Assembly: GCF_964204645.1 (NCBI RefSeq)
Contig: NC_134032.1
Span: 12,636,275 to 12,700,274, forward strand
Reading direction: 5' to 3'
DNA from: Tubulanus polymorphus
Lineage: Eukaryota; Animalia; Nemertea
Length of the DNA stretch: 64,000 nt
The notes below the pieces were generated by a model. It was given only the letters and a program-made list of their open reading frames with translations. It was not told the origin of the DNA and searched no databases. Position numbers and translations under genes: made by a program. Below, one piece after another: positions 37,772 through 49,548 of this stretch (positions are counted from its first letter, which is position 1; the number at the start of each line of letters is the position of its first letter).

Positions 37772-39721
37772 ATAGGCCTACGTGCATGCTTCAATGGACC
37801 TCATTACGCAGCTGATTGCGAAGTGAAGCCCCGCTGCAGGTTTCCAATTCCACACAAACTAAACCCTTTGGCTGCCGGGGATATTTACAATACCACGCGT
37901 TACTTAATTTGTTATTCGATCGCCGTGTTACAAGGGCGAGCGACATTGCAAATAACCGAAACCGCCCCTGGCAGTCGGATACTCAACCCGTCCCGCGATC
38001 ACCATAGTAACGAACGTATTTATTACATATGGATATAAAAACCAAACTGTCCCTCTTGTGTTTGCCGCCTTGCATCTTGGAGTATAATCAGGCTGAATAC
38101 CCCAAGCTTGCATGAGGCATCAATCGTCTGATTCTCGGGTGACTTGCAGTGGCTTCAGTAGAAGTTCAAAATTCTGAAATGGAAATTCGCGCGAACGGTT
38201 GCCCAATTCGTCGCTAGGCAACGTAAATTGAATATTGACGTTTGCGCAATCGATATTTTTCGGAGAAATGAAAATAAATGACATTTTCTCTGACATTCAG
38301 TAAACACTGACTGAATCCCTCGTCGATGCGCGTTGCGCGGCAACCGACAAAATTGAATCAGCGGTCAATATTGACCAGACGACAGCTCGTTGCTTGGCAA
38401 CATCGACGAAGAAGTTTGACAACATGAGTTTGGAACGAGCAACCCCGGCGGTCGTAGATTTACATATTACCCGCTTCACGGTAAAATTCTGCCATGAATC
38501 ATAATCAGTTATTCAAATGATCGAATCTTTCTATAGCGATCTAGCGCAGATTACCTGATTTATGAGAGTAGGGAGAGAGGGGTTCGAAGGAGTAGATAGT
38601 ACAGGCGGAAAGGAAAAAGGGGAGGGACTAGGAGGGAGTGGAAAGAATAGAGGTCAGAGGAGATGATTCTGGAGGTGTAGAGGGATTAAGAGGAGGATAA
38701 AGAAGGTAGGTTGATATTCTTATGCGCATAGAGGCTTAAAAATCTTAAAGCACCTGACAGATTAGCTATCAGAGAGAGAGAATAGAACAAGATGAGAGCG
38801 ACGCTATGACTTAGTAATTCAAGAGCAAAGAACAACATTTTCTAGGCCACTGAACAGATACTGTGTATGGCGAAAGAAGAAAGTTTCCCAGCGGAAAATA
38901 CCGTACGTCTTTTTCACTGGCGAAAGAAGATAAACCCGTATGTCTTTTTATCAAATACAGGTGGATTTTGTCAGTCTCCGACATTATCAAATAACATCTC
39001 GACATTTGATAGATATGCATTACATGACCTAAGCCATAAGATTATCAACAAAAATAGATACCAGCGCTATGCTATTGATTTCGTTCGTTCTAAAATGGAG
39101 TGGATAATAACAATTAATGATAAATAGGTAGTTTTAGACGCCTAAACAAGTGTTGATCCTCCAACAACTGATACATGTAGGTGTGGTTCATTAATATTGA
39201 TATCTCCTTAGTTAAACTTATTCAAACACTCCTCCATTGGATCAACATTGGCGACAATAGATAACATTTTATGAAATTATATGATATTAGGGCAGTAAAG
39301 AGATTTTCAATTTGAATATATCGATAATTGAATTGAATTGACCGGCAACCAGTCTAGTCCGGATATATTGATATTGTAGTGCATATCCTTTCGAAAATGA
39401 TCGTCAAAATCTATCAAAATATAACCAGGGAAGTATCACACTTCCCTGATATAACATAAGAGTTAGAAATATATTTAATTACTGGATAAACGCACGAATT
39501 CATATTATTTGTTGGAACGACAATATTGATGTCGTAGTGCACATTGACTCGCACAATACCTCTTAAATAACGCATTCAATGTGATTCAGTACTGGTCATG
39601 CTGTACTGCGTAACCAGATGATATGATCATCTTAGGGATTATCGGATTATCTGGTCTATTTCGAACTGAAGAAGAATTCTGCGTAATGATTGCGCGCTAG
39701 TGATTTGCATTTTTGAATTCT

Positions 39722-39994
39722 AATACGGGTTATAGGCCTTACGTTCGGTACCGGAAGTAGGTCTCAGTTTTCGCGTCAGCCAACTACATTTCAATGAAAA
39801 TCCGTCGGTTCAAGTTTCCAGTAAGCATTTTCTCAAAAAAATTGGGAAATCTTGGAAAAGGTGAGTGCGTGTATAGTTTTTGAGAAAATGCTTACTGGAA
39901 ACTTGAACCGACGGATTTTCATTGAAATGTAGTTGGTTGATACGAAAACGGTTACCTACTTCCGGTAAAGAACGTTAGGCCTATAACCCGTATT
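39722..39994. mobile_element. Palindromic MITE with ~115-bp inverted arms
   Basis: AATACGGGTTATAGGCCT...CAGTAAGCATTTTCTCAAAA is mirrored across a ~40-bp spacer; possible TA duplication. Confidence 0.8.
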
Positions 39995-42220
39995 TGGAGC
40001 AAGCAGTAGGCCAGTGTATTTAAGAATTCTGGCTATCTTTGGGAAAGGCTGATGCACGCGCCTCGGGGCGTTCGTCTGGAAGATTTATGTGCGATGGAGC
40101 GGATAATCTAATGAGGTGACTACTGTGGCTGTTGTAACTGCTGTTAATTACAGCATAAAACTTAATTAACACACAGACAGATGCCAGTCCCACAGTGTTG
40201 CGTGGGTTTGATATAATTCTAGACCAGGTTCAGTTTAATCATGGGCTCTAAAGACCATAGTTTAGTTTGAGCATCGTGCATCAAGTTCTATATCGATTCA
40301 ATAACCAGTTTCACAGTTGTGCGGGTTTAATCTGATTCAAGACCCAGTTCCACAGTTGCGTGCGGTTTAAGTTGACTATGGATCCGGTTCCAAAGTTATG
40401 TGGGCGTACTTGACTGGGCACACAGTTTCACAGTTATGTGGGTTAAATTTAAATGTGGTCATATTTCCACTTGTGGGTTCGGCTTGAGCCTGGCCTGGTC
40501 CCGGCTGTACAGATGTTGATGGCTCCATGTACGTCCTCGCGTCTGTTAAGATCTTTTAGAGACGCTACTGATTTGCACCTCGGAGGCATTGTCACTGAAG
40601 CCATAAGTGCTGATTTAACGCTGTCTATCATTAGCAGACGTTTATCTGTCTGCCGTGCTAGATTCTCGATTGGACTTCAAGGAATAAAACAGACAATCTC
40701 GGCATTGACGTCTCTGTAGAAAGGTGAGAGGATGCCACTTACTGATGTGACGCTATCCGCTATACTGTATCAACCTTTCTCGCACGGAATGGTATTTTGC
40801 GAGGCCCTGCAACAGTACAAACATCCTGTCCTAGTACGTCGTAGACACCTGTCACACAATGGAACGCAACCCTCATAGATCAATTCAACCCACACAGGGA
40901 TTCATACCTGATGGCATCATGGACTCCGCCACGAACCCCTAAAAGGCTCGCTTATGTCGACAAGTGACCTCCTGAACCCATCCCCAGGACCTGTTAAACT
41001 TCTGACACTGCCGTAATATGAAACCCTGTCCTCGTAGACCCATCCTCTCACACAAACATTTAATGGTGAATATCATGTATCACATTGTTGTTCTAATCGA
41101 TGCAATCTTATAACATTCAGATCTGACAAGAATTCTTTTTTCAATATAGACGAAAGAAAACGGAACACTCCCCTCCTTGTTGAACCTACCGCCATCACAG
41201 AAATAGATCGACTTGTTTTTATCGTTATCAACATCGAATATCTTTATTTCTATTTCTTATGTGGGATGATGAATATGAACAAAAGCATCTCTCGGCAAAT
41301 ACGCCGACTTCAAAGAAAGGATGAGAAGTAAAGTAGCTTGTCGACCTAAAAGGAACTCGCGTTACTTTGTATTTGAAGTTGAAAGGTGGCGGTACAGCGG
41401 TAATGTTTATCTCAAACGACACGTTGTTATTAAAAACGCCTGCGTCGCTTTTCATCTCCGTATCGCAATAATCATAAATGTCTGAGACGACAATAATTCG
41501 TATGCCGTACAACGCCGGAGATCTAGCGATGTTAAAGTCGGAATGAAATGAGGAAATGCCAACGATACTGCGCTACGTTGAAGTCTTGAATATAACTACA
41601 TAAGAAGCGCAATGACGAACCGGTCAAGTACGTATCAGGTTTTCTAGCGCTGGTCTCCAGGGGTTTGATTAATCTTTGTGGTAGCATTCAATTAGTCCTG
41701 TTTCTCGTTGATGCGAGGTTCACTGATTCGAACTCCTATGCGCTCATATATTCTGCTATGTTCTCAGTCCTTTATTCCGCTCAATGCTCCGCAGTATATT
41801 TTTGCTTTGTGCTTTACTGTAAAGCCCAACGCACTCGACGCAAGGAAACACGGAAACAGGAAACAGTGTTTTGCTATGTCGATGCTTATACGAGAAACGA
41901 GAAACATGGTTTCGGGAAACATGGTTTCCGTGCTTCAGTGTTTCCCTGCGTCGTGTGTGCATTGGGCTGCTTTATGATTTTTTCTCTGTATACCACGACC
42001 ATACGCTGGTATCTTCGGCGGCGTTCAGTAAATAACTTGAAAAAGCGTTAATTGAGCCTAGACTATGTACGTACGTGTTCGACGTCGATGCTAGAAGGCG
42101 TATTAGATGCGGAAGTTGGAGTTAATGCAAATGAACGATACTCTCGTCTGGCAGACGAGTGATACTGGGGGGCTGCGTGCGACCAAAGCGAACCGGGAGA
42201 TAAGCGATAGTTCCAGCAGC

Positions 42221-42368
<148 letters not shown>

Positions 42369-43202
42369 TGACCTCTACCGAATAAAAAGGGTCTCGAATT
42401 GAAGATAGACTTGTTGCAAGTGAGGATCCACAAAGTGCGCTAATGGGTAGTAGGACATGAACTACTGCGGCGATAGAGGATTCCACTTATGGCAAGTGAG
42501 GATCCGCTAAGAATACTATCGCGCAGGAAACGACTGCGGGAGGTACTAGGACTCGACGAAAGTGCCACGGAAGGCAAAGAAAAAACCAGATATGAAGGAA
42601 CAAAAATTACATCGTTTTTTGCTAGACTAGTACATTTATTCTATTCCAACAATTACCAATTACGTTTAGTGAATTTGGGTCGGTATAGTCCATTGGATTG
42701 ACGAGCAGTCCATTCCCAGTTTAGCCCGTACAAGGGTAGCCACACGTTGTACATGTGCAAGCAGCTGAAAAATAAAATGAAATTCACGAACATTATCTAG
42801 ATTGGATCTAAGTCCACCTAGTAACCCCCCCCCCTCCCAAAAAAAGAAAAAATTCCGAATTTCCAATACTGGACTCGGTTTCTTTACTCGTTTGAATGAT
42901 GCAACATTGAGTCAAAATAAACTAAAACGAAAACGTAAATCGATTTCACAGTCGTTGGTGAAGGCCAAATTTGATTCTAGAACTTTGTTGTTGGATCCAT
43001 TTGAACGACCAGAGTAATGTAGAATTCCCGGTAGGTGGCACTATAAATGGATCCGTCACAGGCTGACCTCAGAGTAGCTCGGGATGAGGATGTTGGGGTT
43101 GCATTCAGCTCAGTGAAGGGCCAGTTTGAGTCCGACTGATCAATTAATTTTCCTAAATGTCGCAAAATCTATACATCATGGACTTGTAGATATCGCTAAG
43201 AA

Positions 43203-43509
43203 TATTATATGCATATTAGAACGATAACCACACTCAAACGTGGTGAACGGATAATAAGATAAAATCCCACTATTTACAGATTACAAGAATTTAAAAACAA
43301 GAATTTATTTATTAAATCTAAAATATTTAAAAGAGACGACGTTTCGATCTCACCCTAGAGATCATCGTCCTGCCAACACCTGACGATGATCTCTAGGGTG
43401 AGATCGAAACGTCGTGTCTTTTAAATATTTTAGATTTAATAAATAAATTCTTGTTTTTAAAATTCTTTTCATCTGTAAATAGTGGGATTTTATCTTATTA
43501 TATGCATAT
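43203..43509. mobile_element. Penelope-like element remnant (inverted pLTR palindrome), second family
   Basis: ~120-bp inverted arms spanning 43251-43501, a 34-bp tail on one side (43217-43250), a 14-bp duplication TATTATATGCATAT (43203-43216 and 43496-43509), and a hammerhead core inside. Confidence 0.78.
43376..43417 (+). ncRNA. Minimal type I hammerhead ribozyme
   Basis: Stem I ACAC/GUGU, core CUGACGA-U, stem II GAUCUC/GAGAUC, GAAA, palindromic ACGU stem III, GUC cleavage triplet (43411-43413). Confidence 0.75.
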
Positions 43510-43766
43510 ATTTGTCGCTCTATTCTTTCTCCTTTTCCTTTATTGTTTTACTGTTGATCCTCATTTTTCATTTACAATCATGTACTTTCGACTATTGATA
43601 GATGAAATGAATTTGGATTTGCTATGGCTGCTTTCAGTGCTGTCTCATTGCGGGGTTATATGTGGGCTCTTGTCCTTGGTAAGTTTTGGGAAACCACGAT
43701 CCGAACGACGTCAAGCCAAACAAAACCCGGAAATGCAATAGGTAGACTTACGTGATATTCCACCGT

Positions 43767-43898
43767 CATTGCCATTGCCATTGCCATTGCCATTACCATT
43801 GCCTCCGCCATTGCCTCCGCCATTGCCACCGCCATTGCCTCCGCCATTGCCCCCGCCATTGTCCCCGCCATTGCCATTGCCGTTGCCATTGCCATTGC
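43767..43898 (+). repeat. (CATTGC)n / (CCGCCATTGCCT)n compound simple repeat
   Basis: 6-bp and 12-bp periodicity directly visible. Confidence 0.92.
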
Positions 43899-45944
43899 TT
43901 CTGAGGTATCTGCTTACTGGAATAATAAAAAGAGGAAGAGACTCTTTTGTCTGCTCTGTCCTTCTATTGTTTTTCAGAATGATATTTAGGGGCTAGTTCA
44001 ATTGACAATGAATTGAGTTAACCCCAGGTTAAAGTTTATATCAGTCTTTAGAACTGGCCCCTGAAGTTCGTTGCAAAGTCAATCTGTATCTGTATTATAG
44101 AACTACGGTCAATGAACAGATTTTCTGGCACCTGAAGTTTTTAGAGACGCTTATGAGTATCGAAGAGGGGGATGTGAATCGGATGGAGGTTCGTCACCAC
44201 AAGATCTCGACTGGATAGAATAGGTTAAAACAAACTATCGGTTATAGCGAACAGGTTTTCTGGTGCCTTGAAGTTCATTGAGGAAACATTTCTCTAGAGA
44301 AACTCTCGGTCGTCCGGTTTTCCCCGGGGTGGATTAAGGGGGTTCAGAGACCAAGAAAAAATGTTCATAACATGCTTAAAAAGTTGCACAAACGATGGCA
44401 AATTATTGTTGCAAATTTTTTTTTTTTCGAATCGCCCTCGATACCTAGAAAAATAAAAATTCAACGAAAATGATTTTCAAATTTCCCCCAAATGTAAGTG
44501 ACCCCCATCCCCTCCCCAAGTAGCGGCATCTTCTATGCATCCTCTGTTCATCTACCACGTACATGTACAAATAACTTTTGTTTTGGGCACCCTTTTCCGG
44601 ATCCTCCCATTTTCCTTACCTGCTCCGGCTCGCTTGTTCTCAGCGAGCGTCAGTGCGATCACCAGAGCTGACAGCAGCAACGAAACTATCAATGTTCTCG
44701 ATGTCATTGTGAAGTCGATATACAATCACCATCGTCTCCGTAGTCAATTTTATACAGATCCATGTCCCATCCTACGACACGCAACGCAAGGAGATAAAAT
44801 GCAAATTTGCATTTGCGTGCTTGCGGTGTGCGTGTGCGTTCACAAAATCATTCCGGTTTTTTTCAATTGACAGACAGATTGTCATCTGGACCCCGCGGCC
44901 TGATGCCATTTTATCTATCCAGTCGGACTATCATCCGTTTCTGCAACCGACGTCTGCGGGCCATTTATGAACGTGGTATTTTACCATTTTTTATGTTATT
45001 CACGTCTGTGGCTGGATAACTTTGTAAAATCATTTTTGTATTTTGTATAATCTCAGTAGTAAACGCTTTTTAGCTATCTTACACCACTATCTGGCCGCTT
45101 AGGAGCCGGGTGAGACCACGAACCCCTCAAATATCAGGAGTTGACCCAGTAGCCAAAGCTCGTGCGAAAACTAGTTAACCTACAAAGCACTATTCGTTTT
45201 GTTGAAATAATATCAAATACATCATGAACATTGTGATTCAGAAATGAAACTGTTCTTTTATGTTATGGATAGTGAAGTTTTCTATTGTGAATTCCACCAC
45301 GACGGGGTACTTAAAAAACAATAGATCATCTATACCCTGTCTTTGGTCGTCTGTTTCGATCAGCTGCCAGAGGAGAATTAATATTTAGAGATCATGTTTA
45401 CCAATTCAAATCTTATTCAAATTCACAATTTGTATTTACTCACTGAATAAGATTCTAGATTCAACATTTAACGGTTTTGTTTGTCTAGATTACCCATTTA
45501 AACACGAGATTCTATGGTCATTTCTCGGGGAACCTTGGCAATTAAGCCAATAACTAAACATTTCTTCAGAAATCATATTGTTGAACTGTTTTAAGTAAGT
45601 ATTGGCAGTACCTATTTAGTCTAGCTATTCGTGAAGTCGGTAGATATTTCTGGATTCTAACTCCTGATAATTCAAGATGTTGTTCTGTACTCTGACAATC
45701 TTAGTGTTGATCATATCTACGTCTGTTCGAGGTAATTTTTTTGCGTTATTCATTACACACTTTGTAGCTTTCATCTGTAACTCGACTACCACGTCACGCC
45801 ACGTCAAAGGCTTTATTGAATACATTTAATTCCGTAGCAAATATCGTGCAGGCTTACAACTGCGGTAGATATTTGATCATTTTCTCGTTAAAACATCGGT
45901 TCACTAGATATGGTATTTTATGAGATTTGTTGTCGTTTGTACAG

Positions 45945-46893
45945 AGACGACTGCACTGAAATGCTACTCGTGTGTCGGGCCTCAATGCGCCGCTAGACCA
46001 ACATCCGGGAAACTGGTGACCTGCGACTACGGACAACATTGTTACGTATGTTTACGAAAAAAAAACTATAACGAACTCAAAAATCATTTTCTAAACTCTT
46101 TCCTTCTAGATCACAATATCCTCTCTCTGTCTTTGCATCAGCCTCTCCCCTCCCTCTGTCTACTCACTCTCCCCGCCCTAAAGTATCTTCTGTTTCTGCA
46201 TTGGCCCTACTCCCTCTCTCTCGCACTGTCTCTTCCGCTCTGTTGTCTCCCTCATCTTTCCTCTGTTCCTTCCTTTTCACCTCCATCATTTTCCAGCCAC
46301 TTCTTCCGTCACTCCATTGAGCCCACTCCAATATAGCTTGACGATCCTTTCCGGTACCGTCTGCATAAAATCCATTAACTTAAAAAAAAATATCACCGCT
46401 TCGTTTTACAGTATAGAATTACTACTCGCCATTTTCTTTTAAAGATTGAAATGAGAAAAATCTGAAAACACCCCTGTAGCTATTATCACTTTCTCTCACG
46501 CCGTTCTTTTCCTCTAATACGCATAAAAACCCGCCGACCGAGTTTCGCAGCTGTAAATTGCGCCTATCATCGCTAGCCATTATTACCATCGTCTGTATGA
46601 AGAAAAAATCTCACACAATCTCGTTTCTCATTCTCGTTTTCTCTCGTTTTCACCTCTAGGTGCAAATAACGGCCACTAATGGATTACAGTCGGGGGTACG
46701 CGACTGCTTCTTGGGTACCCGGATGAAGTGTAACGTCGAGGCGGAAGAACTCCTAGAACGAGGCTACCTCGTGGCCGCCTGCTGCGATGATAAAGATGGC
46801 TGCAATGGCGCCCCGAGCGCTCATTATAGCGCAATGCTTTTAACTCTATCCGTAACTTATGCAGTTCTTTTCACCTTAGCGAAATCTTTTTGA
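45945..46893 (+). CDS. GPI-anchored Ly6/uPAR three-finger protein (quiver/sleepless-like); signal-peptide exon uncertain
   Basis: Exons 45945-46045 and 46660-46893 join in phase 0: LKCYSC..C..C..CY..RDC..C..CCDDKDGCN (10 Cys), followed by GAPS and a hydrophobic C-terminal GPI signal. A candidate first exon ends at the donor TTG|GTAAGT at 43678 (ATG at 43624, phase 1, or ATG at ~43607, phase 0). Confidence 0.88.
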
Positions 46894-48728
46894 GACGAAT
46901 AAGACATTTCTGTATTACACTATTGTAAATACCTCTCCCAGAAAAAATGGCTACCTCAAGATTTCCTGTATGACGTCACTAGTTACCATGGTGACGATTT
47001 TCATTTTTAAAACATTTTGTTTTCGAATTTGAATCAATTTGTGAATCAATTCGCTTATAGGTGAATTAGTGACGTCATAGGGGGACGAAGTAAGCTCAAG
47101 TATCTTTTTGAGACAAAACAGATTGTATTGTTTATAAACCAACAGTATTCCATGTCAGAATTTAACAATTTATCATACGCATGTTTTATGGACTTTTTCT
47201 CAATATTACCACAGGTTGGTGGGACCGACATGTTGATCTGTCGGTTTGTTGGTGTGTCGGTATGTCGGTATGTCTGTATGTCGGTATGTCGGTATGTCTG
47301 TACCTCTGTATCGCGTAACGTAAAGCTAAGATTGAATCGGTCCAATATAATAGCGGATTAATTTTAAATACCAGTCCGATGTCATTAGTCTCTATAGAAT
47401 TATTTAATGCTATAATGAACTTGAGCCGTCGGTTGGTATCTATTGTAGTCCCCGTAAGGAAATTCCGACGAGACCAGATGGAAAGACAAATCAGACAAGT
47501 CAGTTCACATGGTGCCATACTGTTCAGATCGACAGTCTCCTTACACATTGGTGAATTGATTTCACACAAAAAAGAAATCCTGACGGATACTTTAAAAGAA
47601 GTCTTATTTATGATAGCTTTCTATGATTTTCTATCTGCTTCGAAATAATCTCAAAGTATATAAATTTACTAACGGACCAGGAAATAGATAAGATTTTGAT
47701 GAATCTTTTGCAACGTTCGTCGCGTTTGAGTCGTTGATTTTCCTCGAAAAACTGCCGTGTATGGGCGCATCTAGGAAAATTGAGAGGCCGGGCCCTGAAG
47801 GAAAGAAGCCTTAAGGCAACAAGCAGTTGCTACGCTCGGTGTTAGCTATTCTTTAGAGAAATTGATCCGAAAGGATGCAATTTCCGAATTAGAATTTCCG
47901 AAGATTAGTATCAAATTTGCAGGTTTTAAAGATCTCTGTCCTGGCGAAAAGGGAAACCTCGATAAGGAGGCCCACGAAACCCCCAAATTCGCCCGTCGTG
48001 ATCCAGTCATTTGCCTAGAAAGGCCTGAATCAATAATATAAAGTCAAATAGAGTTACATTCAAAATCCCGGTCATCCAAATGTTCAGGGTCAGGAAGGTG
48101 ACGCTGGACCTGACCAGGATCTATCATCGTCATCTGGACCGAAGGATACTCTGCAACGGCTACTCGCGGGAAACTTAAAATACGAGACGATTAATGATTT
48201 CAAGTAGGTACAGGTACAAGTTTTTTCGAAAAAAGGTATTTATATACACACGCCGGCTGTGATGGAAAATAAATTCAGTAGTCAGCTCAATAAACTATGA
48301 CAAGTGATTTTTATACGCCAAGCTCCACTATTTCGCATCGTAAAACGAGTCTCGAAGCAACCGAACATCGCGACGACGGCTGCTGTCAGGCAACACATTG
48401 CAAGAATGGCAAACCAATTAGCGCGCTGTACGAGCGCAGAGTTCTGCACAATTTGGAATCGGCGAGAAAAAAAACCGACGAGAGGTACTTACTTGCGTAT
48501 GATCGGCGGATTAATGATGCGAGAAAAATCTCACTCGTCTTTCAGAGTGCTTTATCCGCGAGCGATCTAGCGACTGCGCGTAAATTCATTTACATTCTTC
48601 TAACTGCGTGGAATGATGCAGTGTATTGTAGTTTCTCAAACCACTCAAAAGCGCCGGTCACTAGGACGATATAACTAGATCGTGATTTCTCCCTCTTAAA
48701 GGGGTCAGAAAACAACTGTCGACTACGA

Positions 48729-48982
48729 GTTCCATAGTCATCACTTAAGTCCAAAAGTGGTCCTTAATCTTAAGACTGGTCTTACGGTAAGTTTTTAGAT
48801 TAGCTATAGAACTAAGATAGTCTTAGACTAGTCTTAAGTCTAAGCCACGACTATGAAACCGGCCCAAGGGCCCGGCTTTGTATATGGAGTGGTATTAACT
48901 TTAACCCGCGGGCTAACTCAATTCATTTTCAGTTGAGTAAAGCCCTGGGTTAAAGATGATACCAGTCCATAAAACTGGGCCC
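48729..48982. mobile_element. Two abutting ~115-135-bp Harbinger-like MITEs
   Basis: 48729-48865 is homologous to the 56406 element. 48868-48982 has GGGCCC.G termini and resembles 43988-44061. Confidence 0.65.
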
Positions 48983-48991
48983 TGTAAATTA

Positions 48992-49063
48992 CCAGGTTTC
49001 GAACCTGTGAACCCGCGAATGATGAAACCAGTGACCGATGGCTTAAACCTCTTGACCATTCCA
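48992..49063 (-). mobile_element. tRNA-derived SINE head (fragment)
   Basis: On the minus strand, an A-box-like TGGTCAAGAGG and a B-box GGTTCGAAACC at tRNA-like spacing; no complete cloverleaf. Confidence 0.4.
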
Positions 49064-49114
49064 CCTTTCAAATATGAAGGATGGTAGTTTTTATTGGATA
49101 TTGAATTTTATTAT

Positions 49115-49548
49115 GCAGTATGATATCAACTGTGTGAAAATTGAGGATTTCACTTCTGGTAAGTGAAGATTCAACTGGTGCGCTTGTGCAGTAGGACATC
49201 GACTACTGCGACGATAGATCATTCTTTTTTTGGCTTGTGAGGAACCACTTGGTTCCCCTAGAAGTGTGCAGTAGGATATCAACTTCGGCGGCAATAGAGG
49301 ATTCCACTTGTGGCAAGTGAGGATCCACAAGGTGTGTTAGTGTACAGTAGGGTATCAACTTACTGTGGTAATTGAGGATTTTCACTTCTGGTCAGTGAGG
49401 ATTCAAGGTACTCGAGTGTGTGTAGGACATCATCGACTTCTGCGAAAATAGAGGATTCCACACTTGTGGCAAGTGATGATCCACCAGATGTCGCAGGAGC
49501 AGTAGGACATCACCTACTGCAGCAATAGAGGATTCCACGTGTGACAAG
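49115..49548 (-). repeat. Degenerate tandem array of the ~75-bp repeat family
   Basis: Repeated AATAGAGGATTCCACTTGTGGCAAGTGAGGATCCAC...GTGCAGTAGGACATC. Confidence 0.85.

Noticed and set aside
40449-41512. Short ORFs as exons of an additional gene
   Set aside because: No consistent splice-site pairs and no recognisable protein motifs.
43656-43996. Pro/Leu-rich and Met/Ala-rich ORFs
   Set aside because: They are translations of a hexamer simple repeat.
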